Source of the DNA: an uncultured delta proteobacterium
GTDB lineage: Bacteria; Desulfobacterota; Binatia; UBA9968
Length of the DNA stretch: 64,000 nucleotides
Direction: 5' to 3'
Assembly (NCBI GenBank): GCA_963847445.1
Contig: CAWJZV010000025.1
Coordinates: 32,001-96,000 of the forward strand
The position numbers were made by a program, and so were the translations under genes. This document shows positions 19,252 through 29,761 of this stretch, one piece after another. Within the stretch, counting starts at the first letter, position 1. Every line of letters starts with the position of its first letter. A model generated the notes under the pieces. It was not told where the DNA came from. It ran no database searches and saw only the letters and a list, made by a program, of their open reading frames with translations.

Positions 19252-19917
19252 CTACTCAGTCTTCGCCGGGAACGGACAGAGATCTTTGACGGTGCACTCC
19301 GGGCACTTAGGTTTCTTGGCTAAGCAGACGCGGCGGCCGTGGTACTGCATCAGGTGGCAGAAGCGCACCCGTTGTCTTTTCGGGACGATTGTCATCAGGT
19401 CGGCTTCGATCTTGTCCGGATCGGTTTTGGTCGTGAAGCCGAGCCGCTGCGATAGACGCATGACATGAGTGTCGACGCCGATAGTTTGCTCGCCGAAACC
19501 GTTGCCGAGGACGATATTAGCAGTCTTACGGCCGACGCCGGGGAGGCTGACGAGGTCTGCTAGATTGTCGGGAACTCTCCCGCCGAAGCGTTCGACAAGT
19601 TGCACGCAACAGTTGTGAATCGATTTGGCTTTGCTGCGGTAGAAGTTGATCTTGCCGATCTGCTTTTCCAATTCTGGCAGCGGCAGTGCGGCATAATCGG
19701 CGGCGGTTTGGTTCGCTTTGAACAGTTCTGGTGTGACTTTGGTGACCAGATCGTCGCGCGCCTGTGCGGCGAGGATCAGTGCGATCAGCAATTCCAACGG
19801 ATTGGCGAAGTCGAGGTCGAGTTTGGCGTCGGGGTGGGCTTTTTCAAGCCGGGGCAGGATCTTTTTGAGGTTATCCCGCGGATCGGCTTTAGCGCTTTTC
19901 GGCGTTTGAGCGGTCAT
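19252..19917 (-). CDS. nth: Endonuclease III
   Basis: HhH LPGVGRKTAN, VDTHV, C-X6-C-X2-C-X5-C. Confidence 0.9.
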   Translation of the reverse strand: MTAQTPKSAKADPRDNLKKILPRLEKAHPDAKLDLDFANPLELLIALILAAQARDDLVTKVTPELFKANQTAADYAALPLPELEKQIGKINFYRSKAKSIHNCCVQLVERFGGRVPDNLADLVSLPGVGRKTANIVLGNGFGEQTIGVDTHVMRLSQRLGFTTKTDPDKIEADLMTIVPKRQRVRFCHLMQYHGRRVCLAKKPKCPECTVKDLCPFPAKTE

Positions 19918-19976
19918 TTTAGTTTCAACGAAAAATATGGTACCAAAAAGCGACTCATAAAGGGAGGATTATCTCG

Positions 19977-20312
19977 ATGGAAGCCAGCGCATTATCGACT
20001 GTCAAACAAAACATCCGCCAATTGGCCAAACAAAAGGCCGAACTCAACGCCGCAAAACCCGATCGTAAGAAAGTGCGCCTGCTGCAAAGAAAGATCCGCC
20101 TGCTCAAGCGCACCAGCCGCGTGCTCGCTGGCGAGAAGAAGGCTGTGGCGGCACAGGCTGCCGCCGAAGCCGCTGCCAAAGAGACTGCGGAAAAGGCCGC
20201 AGCCGCGAAGACCGCAGCCGACGCTAAGGCTGCCGCTGCCAAAGAGGCTGCTGAAGCTGCCAAGGCTGCCGAAGCTGCTGAAGCTGCTGCAGCGACTGAA
20301 GTCAGCGCCTAG
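19977..20312 (+). CDS. Small basic protein with Ala/Glu/Lys-rich tail
   Basis: Strong AGGGAGG RBS; fills the gap before the radical SAM gene; low-complexity AAAE/AAK repeats. Confidence 0.65.
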   Translation: MEASALSTVKQNIRQLAKQKAELNAAKPDRKKVRLLQRKIRLLKRTSRVLAGEKKAVAAQAAAEAAAKETAEKAAAAKTAADAKAAAAKEAAEAAKAAEAAEAAAATEVSA

Positions 20313-20322
20313 TTGCAAAGTC

Positions 20323-21378
20323 ATGATTACGCCGCCTCCTCTGCGCGGCCGCGGTTCGGCGACCAACCCGAAAAACCGTTTCGAGTCCGTCGATCGGGTG
20401 CCCGAGCCGCCAGGGGATAGCGACGAGGTTACCGCCCCTCACACGCAGTTTTACCGAGACAGTTCGAAATCTCTGATCGCCTTCAACGACAGCCCCGATG
20501 TCGGCTTCGATGCCAGCATCAATCCCTATCGCGGCTGCGAGCATGGTTGCGTTTATTGCTACGCTCGTCCGACGCACGAGTATCTCGGCTTCTCCGCCGG
20601 CCTGGACTTCGAGACCAAGATCATGGTCAAGGAAGACGCGCCGGAACTGCTGCGCAAGGAATTATCGAGTCGCAATTGGCGACCGCAGCTGCTTGGCATG
20701 AGCGGCGTCACCGATTGCTATCAACCGGCGGAAAATAAATACCGACTGACCCGGCGCTGCTTGGAAGTACTTTTGGAGTTTCGCAATCCAGCAGTCATCA
20801 TCACCAAGAACCATTTAGTCACCCGTGACATCGATGTTCTTTCAGAGTTGGCCAAGTTTGACTGCATCGGCGTGACGATCTCTTTAACGACACTGGACGG
20901 GAAACTCGCCTCGGCGCTTGAACCGCGCGGCTCTACTCCGGCCCGCCGTCTGGCGGCGATTCGAAAATTAGCCGACGCCGGCGTGCCGGTGGGCTATCTG
21001 CAAGCGCCGATGATTCCCGGCCTGACTGACTCCGAAGCGCCGGCCATCGCCGTCGCCGCGGCGCAGGCCGGCGCGACGTTCTCCGGATATGTGGCTTTGC
21101 GGTTACCGTTCGCCGTTAAAGAATTGTTCGAACAGTGGCTCGGCCAGCACTATCCCGACAAAAAAGATAAAATTCTTCACCGCGTGCGCGAGATCCGCGG
21201 CGGCAAGCTCAACGATCCCAACTTCAAATCGCGCATGCGCGGCGAGGGGATTTACGCCGAGCAGATGGCGGCGCTGTTTCAGCTAGCGCGCAAGAAGTCG
21301 GGGATCATCGAACGCTGGCCCAAGCTGACGACGGAACATTTCCGCCGGCCGGAGAAGGACCAGTTGAGTTTGTTTTGA
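20323..21378 (+). CDS. PA0069-family radical SAM protein (spore photoproduct lyase-like)
   Basis: GRGS..NP.NRF, NPYRGCEHGCVYCYARP, TDCYQP, C-terminal QLSLF; real start at ATG 20323 inside the 19600 ORF. Confidence 0.88.
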   Translation: MITPPPLRGRGSATNPKNRFESVDRVPEPPGDSDEVTAPHTQFYRDSSKSLIAFNDSPDVGFDASINPYRGCEHGCVYCYARPTHEYLGFSAGLDFETKIMVKEDAPELLRKELSSRNWRPQLLGMSGVTDCYQPAENKYRLTRRCLEVLLEFRNPAVIITKNHLVTRDIDVLSELAKFDCIGVTISLTTLDGKLASALEPRGSTPARRLAAIRKLADAGVPVGYLQAPMIPGLTDSEAPAIAVAAAQAGATFSGYVALRLPFAVKELFEQWLGQHYPDKKDKILHRVREIRGGKLNDPNFKSRMRGEGIYAEQMAALFQLARKKSGIIERWPKLTTEHFRRPEKDQLSLF

Positions 21379-21661
21379 GCGCAAAGTGAAGATGCCGGAT
21401 CGGAGAATTGGCCGCAAAGAACGCAAGGGTCACAAAGTTGGGAAAAGGAAGATGCACCACGAAGGATTATTGTCGCGCGCATCCTTATCTTGCGGCGATG
21501 GCGTCGATTTAGGCTTGATTGGGATTGAAGTCTTAGAGTGTGACGTTGTCGCCGCGCTGGGCAGATCGTTGGCGCTGTGGCAGCCGATCAGCCCGGCCCG
21601 GTGATGAGGATTTTTTTTGTTGTTCCCTCGTTGTTGGCTTCAATTCCTTAGAGTCGCTAGG

Positions 21662-22012
21662 TCAGTCGCAATAGTATTCCAATTGATAGCCATTGGGATC
21701 GCTGATGTAGAAAGCGGTTTTGCCGCGGCGGCCGTCGATTTTGATGCCTATCTTTTTGAATTTTGCTTCGAGCTTTTTAAATTCCGCCTTGGTGACTTTG
21801 AAGCCGAGATGTTCGAGGCCTTGGTTAGCTCTTGACCGTTGCGCGGTCTTGACGAAGTTCAGCAGATCGCCGCTGCCGGGCGTGGTCAGGAAAATCATGC
21901 TGGGCGGGTGGCGGAACGCTACTTTTAGCCCTAAGACGCCGACGTAGAAATCCTCGGTCTTTTTCAAATCGCGCACCTTAAGCGCGATATGGCTCAGCCC
22001 CTTTTTTGCCAT
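21662..22012 (-). CDS. VOC/glyoxalase family protein
   Basis: HIALKVRDL, FY..VLGL, HLGF, DPNGYQLE; GGAGGAG RBS. Confidence 0.85.
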   Translation of the reverse strand: MAKKGLSHIALKVRDLKKTEDFYVGVLGLKVAFRHPPSMIFLTTPGSGDLLNFVKTAQRSRANQGLEHLGFKVTKAEFKKLEAKFKKIGIKIDGRRGKTAFYISDPNGYQLEYYCD

Positions 22013-22161
22013 GGATTGGCTCCTCCGTGATCGTAGTTCGTGAACGTGTTCGCCGGACGGGTTTTTATATCTCATCGGTTCTCGCAGGTTCAACCGGCGG
22101 CACTTTTACAACCGCAGCGATCCTTGATAATTTGAACACTCTTCCTCGTAATGGCTGTGAC

Positions 22162-23463
22162 TTGAAGTCTCCTACAACATTTTCATCTTCCCGGTCCGAC
22201 CGTAAGTTCTTCTACGGCTGGTACATTGTCGGCGTCGGCTTTCTTTCTCACGTCGTTTGCGCATTTCACATGTCGAGCACGCTGAGCGTGTTCTTGAAAC
22301 CGTTGACCGAGGACTTGGGCGTGTCGCGCGGCTTGTTCTCGCTTCTGCGCTCGGGGGAAATCCTCATCGGCGCGGCGATGGCGCCGCTGGTGGGACCGAT
22401 GGTCGATCGTTTCGGCGGCCGCTGGTTGATGGCCGGCGGCGCGCTTTCGGCGGGGTTGGGTTTCGTGCTGATGAGCCAGGTCGGCGCGTTCTGGCAGTTT
22501 CTTTTGCTGCGTTGGATTTTCGTCGCCATCGGCGGCGTGTTCATGTGTCACATGATCGTCAGCGTGACGGTGTCGCGCTGGTTCGTGCGCAAACGCGGGC
22601 GGGCCATCGCTATCGCCAGCATGGGTCAGGGATTTGCCAAAGTTTGTATTCCGGTAGTGACCGCGACGCTGTTCGCCTGGGTCGGCTGGCGGCTGACCTG
22701 GTCGATCTTTGGTCTGATCACCTTGGCCCTGGTAGTGGTTCCCGCTTTGATCTTCATGCGGCGCAGCCCGGAAGAACTGGGCTTGCAGCCGGATGGCATG
22801 GACGCGCCGCCAGTCAGTGCCGACGCCAAGCAATCGAATGACGACAAAAAAGCAACTTTGTCGGCGGACGAAGCGGTCTGGACCTGGCGCGAAGTGATTC
22901 GCAGCAGAGCGTTTTGGCTTATCTGTATCATCTACGGCATGGCCAACGTCGGCATCGCCGGTTTGAATCTGCATGTGTTCGCTTACGTTACCGACATCGG
23001 CTTCTCGCCGCTGGTAGCGGCGACGGTGCTGAGCATTATCGCGTCGACGCAGCTTGGCTCGACCATGGTGTGGGGCGTGATCAGCGAGCGCATGGACATC
23101 CGCCATTCCAGCTTAATCATGTTTTTGGTTCAGTCGGCGGGATTGGCGCTGGTGCTCGCCACCGACCAGGTAGTGCCGGTCTACTTGGGCTTTTTTCTTT
23201 ACGGCATCGGTTTGGGTGGTGGCTGGGTGCTGCAAGAATTGATTTGGGCGACCAATTTCGGTCGCGTCTCCCTCGGCATGGTGCGCGGTCTGGGTATTCT
23301 CGTGACGCACGCGTTCGGCGCCGTGGGAGCGCCGTTCTTCGGTTTTGTCCACGATGTTACCGGCAGCTACCAGTCGTCGTTCTTGGCCTTCGTCGTCGCT
23401 TTGATGATCGCGGCGTTCTTGAGTCTTGCAGTACACGCACCGCAAAAAACTCTGCGCCGGTGA
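22162..23463 (+). CDS. MFS transporter
   Basis: FFYGWYIV, G..VDRFGGR, SRWFVRKRGRA, about 12 TM segments; TTG start approximate. Confidence 0.85.
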   Translation: MKSPTTFSSSRSDRKFFYGWYIVGVGFLSHVVCAFHMSSTLSVFLKPLTEDLGVSRGLFSLLRSGEILIGAAMAPLVGPMVDRFGGRWLMAGGALSAGLGFVLMSQVGAFWQFLLLRWIFVAIGGVFMCHMIVSVTVSRWFVRKRGRAIAIASMGQGFAKVCIPVVTATLFAWVGWRLTWSIFGLITLALVVVPALIFMRRSPEELGLQPDGMDAPPVSADAKQSNDDKKATLSADEAVWTWREVIRSRAFWLICIIYGMANVGIAGLNLHVFAYVTDIGFSPLVAATVLSIIASTQLGSTMVWGVISERMDIRHSSLIMFLVQSAGLALVLATDQVVPVYLGFFLYGIGLGGGWVLQELIWATNFGRVSLGMVRGLGILVTHAFGAVGAPFFGFVHDVTGSYQSSFLAFVVALMIAAFLSLAVHAPQKTLRR

Positions 23464-23519
23464 GTTGACCGCGCCGATGGACCGCGCATAATAAAGACAC
23501 CAACCGCGAATAGCTGCAA

Positions 23520-24659
23520 ATGGATTCACTCATTTCCAATGGCGCCAAACTGCGCAGCGACGGCCCGCGCAACGGCCTGCTCAAGCTCTCCATCGACGGC
23601 CGGCTCGACGCCGACAGCACCGGGCGCGTGTGGCGCGAGTCGACCCGGCTCGTGTCGGCGGCGCGGGCGGCGACGGTGGATCTCGACGCTTCAGCGATGG
23701 ACTACTGTGACGGTTCCGGCATCGCCTTGCTGATTCAATTGCGCCGATTGCAACAAAAGGCCGGCGGCAAGCTGGAGATCCACGGCCTGCGGCCGGAGTT
23801 CCAAGAGCTGCTCGACGACTGGTCGCAGGGCGGCAGCGACACTACCCAGAGCAAAGCCAATGTTCGCGTGCATCTTGTCGAAGAGGTTGGCCAGTCGGCG
23901 GTGCAACTCTGGGACGATATCCGCGAGGTGATTAGTTTTATTGGCCAACTTGGTCATGCCATCGTCAAGGCAGCGCTTCATCCCAGCACGGTTCGTTGGC
24001 GCGATACTCTACTGGTCGCTGAAGAGCTCGGTGTCAATGCGCTGCCGATCGTCGCCTTGTTGAGTTTTCTCGTTGGCGTCATCATGGCCTTTCAGGCGGC
24101 GGTCGCCTTGCGCCAATTCGGCGCCGAGATCTTCGTTGCCAACATGATCGGCTTGTCGGTGCTGCGCGAGATGGGACCCCTGATGACCGCGATCATCCTC
24201 GCCGGCCGCTCGGGCTCGGCCTTCGCCGCCGAGATTGGCACCATGAAGGTGCGCGAGGAAATCGACGCGCTCAAAACCATGGGGCTGGAGCCGGTGCGGT
24301 TTCTGGTCGTGCCGCGGGTGCTCGCCGGCGTAGCCATGACGCCGGTGCTCACGGTGTTCGCCGATCTGTTCGGCGTGATGGGCGGCTCCGTGGTCATGAT
24401 GTCTCTTGGTTTTCCGTTGATCACTTTTTTTAATCAACTTCAGTCTGCGGTGAGTTACGGTTCTTTGGTCGGCGGGCTGGTCAAGGCCTTCGCCTTTGGT
24501 ATCCTGATCGCCGCCATCGGCTGCCTGCGCGGCCTGCAAACCGAGACCGGCGCCAGCGCCGTAGGCTTGTCCACCACTCATGCGGTGGTGAGCGGCATCA
24601 TTTTGATCGTCATCACCGACGGGATTTTTTCGGTGATCTATTATTACCTCTGGGTCTGA
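23520..24659 (+). CDS. mlaE: MlaE-family permease with N-terminal STAS domain
   Basis: STAS (DYCDGSGIALL); REMGPLMTAIILAGRSGSAFAAEIGTMK. Confidence 0.88.
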   Translation: MDSLISNGAKLRSDGPRNGLLKLSIDGRLDADSTGRVWRESTRLVSAARAATVDLDASAMDYCDGSGIALLIQLRRLQQKAGGKLEIHGLRPEFQELLDDWSQGGSDTTQSKANVRVHLVEEVGQSAVQLWDDIREVISFIGQLGHAIVKAALHPSTVRWRDTLLVAEELGVNALPIVALLSFLVGVIMAFQAAVALRQFGAEIFVANMIGLSVLREMGPLMTAIILAGRSGSAFAAEIGTMKVREEIDALKTMGLEPVRFLVVPRVLAGVAMTPVLTVFADLFGVMGGSVVMMSLGFPLITFFNQLQSAVSYGSLVGGLVKAFAFGILIAAIGCLRGLQTETGASAVGLSTTHAVVSGIILIVITDGIFSVIYYYLWV

Positions 24660-24668
24660 CCAGCACTC

Positions 24669-25439
24669 ATGACAATCGGCGAGACGCTCATTCGAGTGGA
24701 CGGTTTTACCGCGGCCTACAACGGCCGGGTGATTCTCAATCAGCTAAGCTTCGAAGTCTACCGCGGCGAAGTGTTCGTCATTCTCGGCGGCTCGGGCTGC
24801 GGCAAGAGCACGCTGCTCAAACATATGATCGGCTTGTATGCGCCGGCGGCGGGCACCATCCTCATCGACGGCGACAATGTCGCCACGGTGGAAGGCCAGG
24901 AGCGCCAACGACTATTAAGAAAATTCGGCGTCATGTATCAGAGCGGCGCGCTGTTCGGCTCGATGACGGTGTTGGACAATGTTTGTCTGCCGCTGCAGGA
25001 GTTTACCGATCTGCCGCCGGATGCGATTCGCTTGATCGCCTCGATGAAGCTGCAGCGCGTTGGTCTTGGCGGCTTCGACGATCACATGCCATCGGAATTG
25101 AGCGGCGGCATGCAAAAGCGCGCCGCCATCGCCCGCGCCATGGCGCTCGACCCGCAGGTGTTGTTTCTCGACGAACCGTCGGCCGGGCTCGATCCGATCA
25201 CCTCGGCGGAACTCGACGATTTGATCTTGTCGCTGGCGCGCAGCTTGAAAATAACTTTTGTCATCGTCAGCCACGAGCTGGCAAGCATCTTCGCGATTGC
25301 AGACCGGGTGATTATGTTGGATAAAAGTGTCAAAGGCATCGTCGCCACGGGTAAACCCCAGGAGTTGCGCGACCGCAGCGACAATCCCTGGGTGCGGCAG
25401 TTTTTTTCCCGGCAGCCGTCCGCGGATAACCCAACGTAG
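24669..25439 (+). CDS. mlaF: MlaF-family ABC ATPase
   Basis: GGSGCGKS, LSGGMQKR, FLDEPSAGLDP. Confidence 0.88.
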   Translation: MTIGETLIRVDGFTAAYNGRVILNQLSFEVYRGEVFVILGGSGCGKSTLLKHMIGLYAPAAGTILIDGDNVATVEGQERQRLLRKFGVMYQSGALFGSMTVLDNVCLPLQEFTDLPPDAIRLIASMKLQRVGLGGFDDHMPSELSGGMQKRAAIARAMALDPQVLFLDEPSAGLDPITSAELDDLILSLARSLKITFVIVSHELASIFAIADRVIMLDKSVKGIVATGKPQELRDRSDNPWVRQFFSRQPSADNPT

Positions 25440-25479
25440 CGCACGCAGAGCACTATCTTAGCCGATCAATACACCGGGT

Positions 25480-26538
25480 ATGGAAAAAGCCAGCTACTTC
25501 AAGATCGGTCTGTTCATCATCGTCGGCACGATCATCGGCGCCATCGGCGTGGTCGCCCTCGGCGTCGGCACGATCTTTCAGAAAAAAGTCCTGGTCGAAA
25601 CGTATATCGACGAATCGGTGCAGGGACTCGACGTCGGCTCGTCGGTGAAATTCCGCGGCGTGCAAGTCGGCAAGGTCGAGACCATTAGCCTGACCAGCGC
25701 CGAGTACCCGACCAAGCGCCGCTACGTTTTGGTGCGCATCGGCCTGACGACGAAAATATTTCAAGCGCCACTGTCCGACGCTGGCTCGCCCAGTTTCATG
25801 ACCGAGGTTGAAAAAGGTTTGCGCGTCCGGCTGGCGTCCCAGGGCGTCACCGGCGCGGCGTATATCGAAGCGGATTATCAAGACCCGGCGCGCAACCCTC
25901 CCTTGGAAATCGATTGGCAGCCGATTTATCCCTATGTGCCGTCTACCTTGAGCCGGATCACCCAGCTGAGCGAGTCGGTGGAAAAGATTCTCCGCAGCAT
26001 GGAAAACATCGATGTCGGCCGGCTGGTCGACGGTCTGGAAAAATCTCTTTTGACGATCACTAAGGTCGCCCAAGGCGCGAACTTCGATAAACTCGGCGGC
26101 CAGGCCGATGCGTTTTTGACCGAGGTGCGCGACACCAACCGCCAGTTGAAAGAGTTGATCGGCAGCAGCGAAATCAAATCCGCCTTCAAAGACAGCGCGG
26201 CGGCGGCGAGCGGCGCGCGCCAGATCATCGAGCGCGCCCAAGGGCCGGTCAATCAGATGCTCGCCGACTTGCCGCGCGCCGCTGAGAGTTTGGAGCGGAT
26301 GGTCAAGCGTCTCGATTCGGTCACCGCAGATTTGCCGGAGACGAGCGCCCAGCTCCGGCAAACCTTACAGCGCATGAACCGATTGATCGCGACTCAGCAA
26401 CAGGGGATCGCTGCCACAGTCGAGAACTTGCAAGCGGTTTCCAGTGACATCAAAGAGCTCACGGAAAGTTCGCGCAAGTATCCATCCCAGGTGTTGTTCG
26501 GCGCGCCGCCGCCGCCCTCGAAGGTGATGCAACGATGA
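25480..26538 (+). CDS. MCE/MlaD family protein
   Basis: N-terminal TM, SVQGLDVGSSVKFRGVQVG, long helical tail. Confidence 0.88.
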   Translation: MEKASYFKIGLFIIVGTIIGAIGVVALGVGTIFQKKVLVETYIDESVQGLDVGSSVKFRGVQVGKVETISLTSAEYPTKRRYVLVRIGLTTKIFQAPLSDAGSPSFMTEVEKGLRVRLASQGVTGAAYIEADYQDPARNPPLEIDWQPIYPYVPSTLSRITQLSESVEKILRSMENIDVGRLVDGLEKSLLTITKVAQGANFDKLGGQADAFLTEVRDTNRQLKELIGSSEIKSAFKDSAAAASGARQIIERAQGPVNQMLADLPRAAESLERMVKRLDSVTADLPETSAQLRQTLQRMNRLIATQQQGIAATVENLQAVSSDIKELTESSRKYPSQVLFGAPPPPSKVMQR

Positions 26539-27149
26539 AATCATTCAGGACTCTTTCTGTGGCCGCAGCAATGTCGGCCATGCTGGCCAGCGGTTGCGTC
26601 ACCCTTGAACGCAGCTATCCCGAGAAGCGTTACTATGTCTTGGAAGTGCGCGCGCCGGCGCCGGCCGGTGGGGCGGTTCATAATGAAATTTTGCAAGTGT
26701 CGACTTTGCGTATTTCGCCGCGCTACCAGGATCGAAGTTTTGTCTATCGGATTTCGGACAGCGGTTTCGAGAGTGATTTTTACAATCAATTTATCGCCCC
26801 GCCAGCCGGATTGATCAGCGAAGAGATTCGCAAGAGTTTGATCGGCGCGCAGCTTTTCAAGTATGTCATCAGCGCGTCGCATAGCCAGGCGCCGAGCTAT
26901 GTGTTGGAAGGCGCCGTCAACGGGATCTACGGCGATTTCAGAAATCTGCAATCGCCCGCTGCGGTCATCGACCTGGAGTTTTTTCTGACCAGCGATCTGC
27001 CCGCCAAGCCAGGCATTCTCATGCAGAAACGCTACGTGAAATCCGTGCCGGTGAGCGGCCGATCGCCGGAAGCGCTGGTGAAAAGCTGGGATCTGGCGCT
27101 GGAGGAAATCCTCACTGCTCTCACAGCGGATCTTAGAGCGGTGAAATAA
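26535..27149 (+). CDS. ABC transport auxiliary lipoprotein (PqiC-like)
   Basis: LASGC lipobox; last gene of the MCE operon with ATGA overlap. Confidence 0.78.
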   Translation: MKSFRTLSVAAAMSAMLASGCVTLERSYPEKRYYVLEVRAPAPAGGAVHNEILQVSTLRISPRYQDRSFVYRISDSGFESDFYNQFIAPPAGLISEEIRKSLIGAQLFKYVISASHSQAPSYVLEGAVNGIYGDFRNLQSPAAVIDLEFFLTSDLPAKPGILMQKRYVKSVPVSGRSPEALVKSWDLALEEILTALTADLRAVK

Positions 27150-27233
27150 TATTCGTGCAAGTCGTTCAAAACCTTCAAAACAGCTCCGATTTCGCCGTCG
27201 TCTCAAACGATTGGAACGGAGTCGCCCGGCAAT

Positions 27234-29639
27234 TTACGTCACTGGGCGGACTCTGCATAGATACGACCGATGCGGCAGCGAGCCGCTGATCGGATCCGAT
27301 AGATCGGTGCCGATCAGCATGGCGGCGTTGGCGCCGGTTGAATCGTAGGCGTCGTAGCCAGGCAATTCCAATTCTTTACAGCCTTGCCACCAGCCATGTT
27401 GGACGCAGACGGCGCCGGGGATGATGTTTCTGGTCACACGCGCTTTGACTTTGATCGCACCCTTCGGGGTTTCGACGGTCATCCATTCTTTGTTTTTAAT
27501 TCCGTAACGCAGTGCGGTTTCGGGGTGAACGTCGGCGCTCGGTTCGGGCAGCGCTTTGCGCAAGCTCGTGAGGGAGCGATGTTGGCTGTGGACGAAGGTG
27601 GTGTTTTTCGCGTTGGTCAGGACCAGGGGAAAATTGGCAGCGATATCCGGACGGCTAACCGGGCTCAACGCCGGCTCGACATATTCCGGCAGCGCTGGAT
27701 AGCCGGCGGCGGCGAACTTGTGGCAGTAGAGTTCGACTCGTTTCGACGGCGTGGCGAAGCCGCGCGGTCGGCCGTCCTTATTTGTCTTGGCATGTTTCTC
27801 GAAGCTCGGTGCCACCGGACGTGAAATGCCGCCGGGAGCGTTTTTCAATTCGTCCAGCGTAATTCCTGTCGGTGCGAGTTCGTAGGCGTAGCCGGCTTCG
27901 ATGTCGCCGTTGAAAAATTGCTCGCTCATGCCCATGCGCTTGGCCAGTTCAAAAAGTATCCAGGTGTCCGAACGCCGCTCGTATAGCGGTTCGACCACAG
28001 CGGCGCGGTATTGCAGGTGGGTCTTGCCGGCTTGTCGATGTTCGAACGCGGTGGTGATGGTGGACATCTCGAGGAAACTGGTGGCTGGCAAGACATAGTC
28101 GCATAGCGCGGCCGTCGGCGTCATGAACAAATCCAGCGCCACGGCGAAATCCAATTTGCTCAAAGCTTCGCGGGCGCGGCGCGGGTCGGGATTGGACATC
28201 ACCGGATTACAGCCGAAGGCGAGAAACGCTTTGATCGGGTAGGGCTGTTCGTCGAGGATCGCGGTGAAGATATCGTAGGCGGCGCAGTTGCCCGGCGATG
28301 CCGGCGGGCCGAGCGGCTTTTTCTCGCGGCCGATGCGCAGCGCCGCCGCTTCTTTCGATAGAAACTCTTTGCCATCGACATTGTTGGTCGGCAGCTTGGG
28401 AAAGGTCACGTTGCCGCCCTGGCGGTCGAAGTCGCCAAGCAGCGCGTAGAGCGACGCGATGGCGCGGCTGGTTTGGGTCGCGTTGGTGTGCTGGCCAACG
28501 CCGTTCCACATGTACATGCTGAGCGGCCGGTTGTGCGCCAGCATGAGCGCGGTTTTCCAGACTTGCTCGGCCGGCACCCAGGTGATTTTTTCAGATTTCT
28601 CCGGCGCGAATTCTGCGGCGATCTCGCCGAGCCGTTCGAAGACCGGCTGACAAATAATTTCATTGCCGTCTTTCGAGCGCAGAATGCGCGTGCCGAAGAG
28701 TGCGGGGCGCACGTCGTCGCGGGCGTACGCGCCGGTGTCAGGATCGTAAATGACAGTTTCATTCTTCGCTTCGTCCCAAACCACGAAGCGATTCTGGCTT
28801 CCCGCTGCGCTGAGATCGGCTTCGCTGACGACCGCGCCGGTTGCCGTGTTCAGCAAAAATATGCCGTTGGTCCAGCGGCGCACGAACTCGACGTCGTACC
28901 AGCTCTCTTCGATGAGACAGTGGATCAGCGCCAACGCCAGGGCGCCGTCGGTGCCGGGACGGACTTGCAGCAACATGTCGGCGTTGGCGCCGATGCCGAC
29001 GCGGCGCGGATCGACGACCACGGTTTTCATGCCGCGCTGGCGGGCTGCGACGATATCGTGGGCGAGGATCAACGACGTCGAGCTCGGGTTGTGGCCCCAC
29101 AGTAAAAAACTCTTGCTATGCGCGACATCGGGTGTCTGAATCGTCGTGCCGAAGGTAAAACTGAAGCCGGTGTCTTTGTGCCAGTTGCAGACATGAGTGG
29201 TCGAAACCCAGTTGGGACTGCCGTAGAGATAAAGAAAGCGTCCTAGCCAGCGCTCGACATCGTCCACCGAGGTGCCGCTTTTCGTACCCTTGCCCAGCGC
29301 CATCGCTTTGGCGCCGTGCTGCTCGCGGATCGCTAGCAATCTTCTCGCGATGTCGTCGAGCGCTTCGTCCCAACTGACGCGCTGCCAACCGGGATCGGCG
29401 TCGGTCTTGGACCGGGTGCGCTTGAGCGGATAATTCAAGCGGTCGGAATTGTAAACCAGCTCCGGCGCGGCCTTGCCCTTGACGCACATGACGCCGCCGT
29501 TGGGATGATCGTGGTCCGGCTCCAACTTCGTCACCCGGCCGTTCTCGACGGTGGCGATGGTGGCGCAGTGCGCGGTGCAGAGGGCGCAGTAGCCGCGCAC
29601 TTCCTTAGCCTCAATTACTTGCTCAGCTGGATTGGACAT
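27234..29639 (-). CDS. Molybdopterin (Mo/W-bisPGD) oxidoreductase, cytoplasmic
   Basis: CxxCxxxC...C 4Fe-4S motif, WGHNP, RPGTDGALAL, DYVLPAT, C-terminal HSQHR; no Tat signal. Confidence 0.88.
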   Translation of the reverse strand: MSNPAEQVIEAKEVRGYCALCTAHCATIATVENGRVTKLEPDHDHPNGGVMCVKGKAAPELVYNSDRLNYPLKRTRSKTDADPGWQRVSWDEALDDIARRLLAIREQHGAKAMALGKGTKSGTSVDDVERWLGRFLYLYGSPNWVSTTHVCNWHKDTGFSFTFGTTIQTPDVAHSKSFLLWGHNPSSTSLILAHDIVAARQRGMKTVVVDPRRVGIGANADMLLQVRPGTDGALALALIHCLIEESWYDVEFVRRWTNGIFLLNTATGAVVSEADLSAAGSQNRFVVWDEAKNETVIYDPDTGAYARDDVRPALFGTRILRSKDGNEIICQPVFERLGEIAAEFAPEKSEKITWVPAEQVWKTALMLAHNRPLSMYMWNGVGQHTNATQTSRAIASLYALLGDFDRQGGNVTFPKLPTNNVDGKEFLSKEAAALRIGREKKPLGPPASPGNCAAYDIFTAILDEQPYPIKAFLAFGCNPVMSNPDPRRAREALSKLDFAVALDLFMTPTAALCDYVLPATSFLEMSTITTAFEHRQAGKTHLQYRAAVVEPLYERRSDTWILFELAKRMGMSEQFFNGDIEAGYAYELAPTGITLDELKNAPGGISRPVAPSFEKHAKTNKDGRPRGFATPSKRVELYCHKFAAAGYPALPEYVEPALSPVSRPDIAANFPLVLTNAKNTTFVHSQHRSLTSLRKALPEPSADVHPETALRYGIKNKEWMTVETPKGAIKVKARVTRNIIPGAVCVQHGWWQGCKELELPGYDAYDSTGANAAMLIGTDLSDPISGSLPHRSYLCRVRPVT

Positions 29640-29676
29640 GTCGTTCTCCGATTGCGGCTAGCGTGCTGTGCGCGGC

Positions 29677-29755
29677 GGTTCAAAAGTTCAAACGTTTAAC
29701 CGTTCAAGGTCAGACTCCGGGACGTTGAACTTTTGAACGGTTGAACTTTGAACGG
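29677..29755. repeat. Palindrome with GTTCAA / TTGAAC micro-repeat arms
   Basis: gttcaaaagttcaaacgtttaaccgttcaag followed by gttgaacttttgaacggttgaactttgaacgg. Confidence 0.8.
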
Positions 29756-29761
29756 TTATTG

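Noticed and set aside
19600-20322. N-terminal 241 aa of the 592-aa ORF
   Set aside because: Overlaps nth antisense and the small Ala-rich gene; the radical SAM protein starts at 20323
23520-27149. STAS-MlaE fusion operon as a novelty
   Set aside because: Well-known MCE operon type
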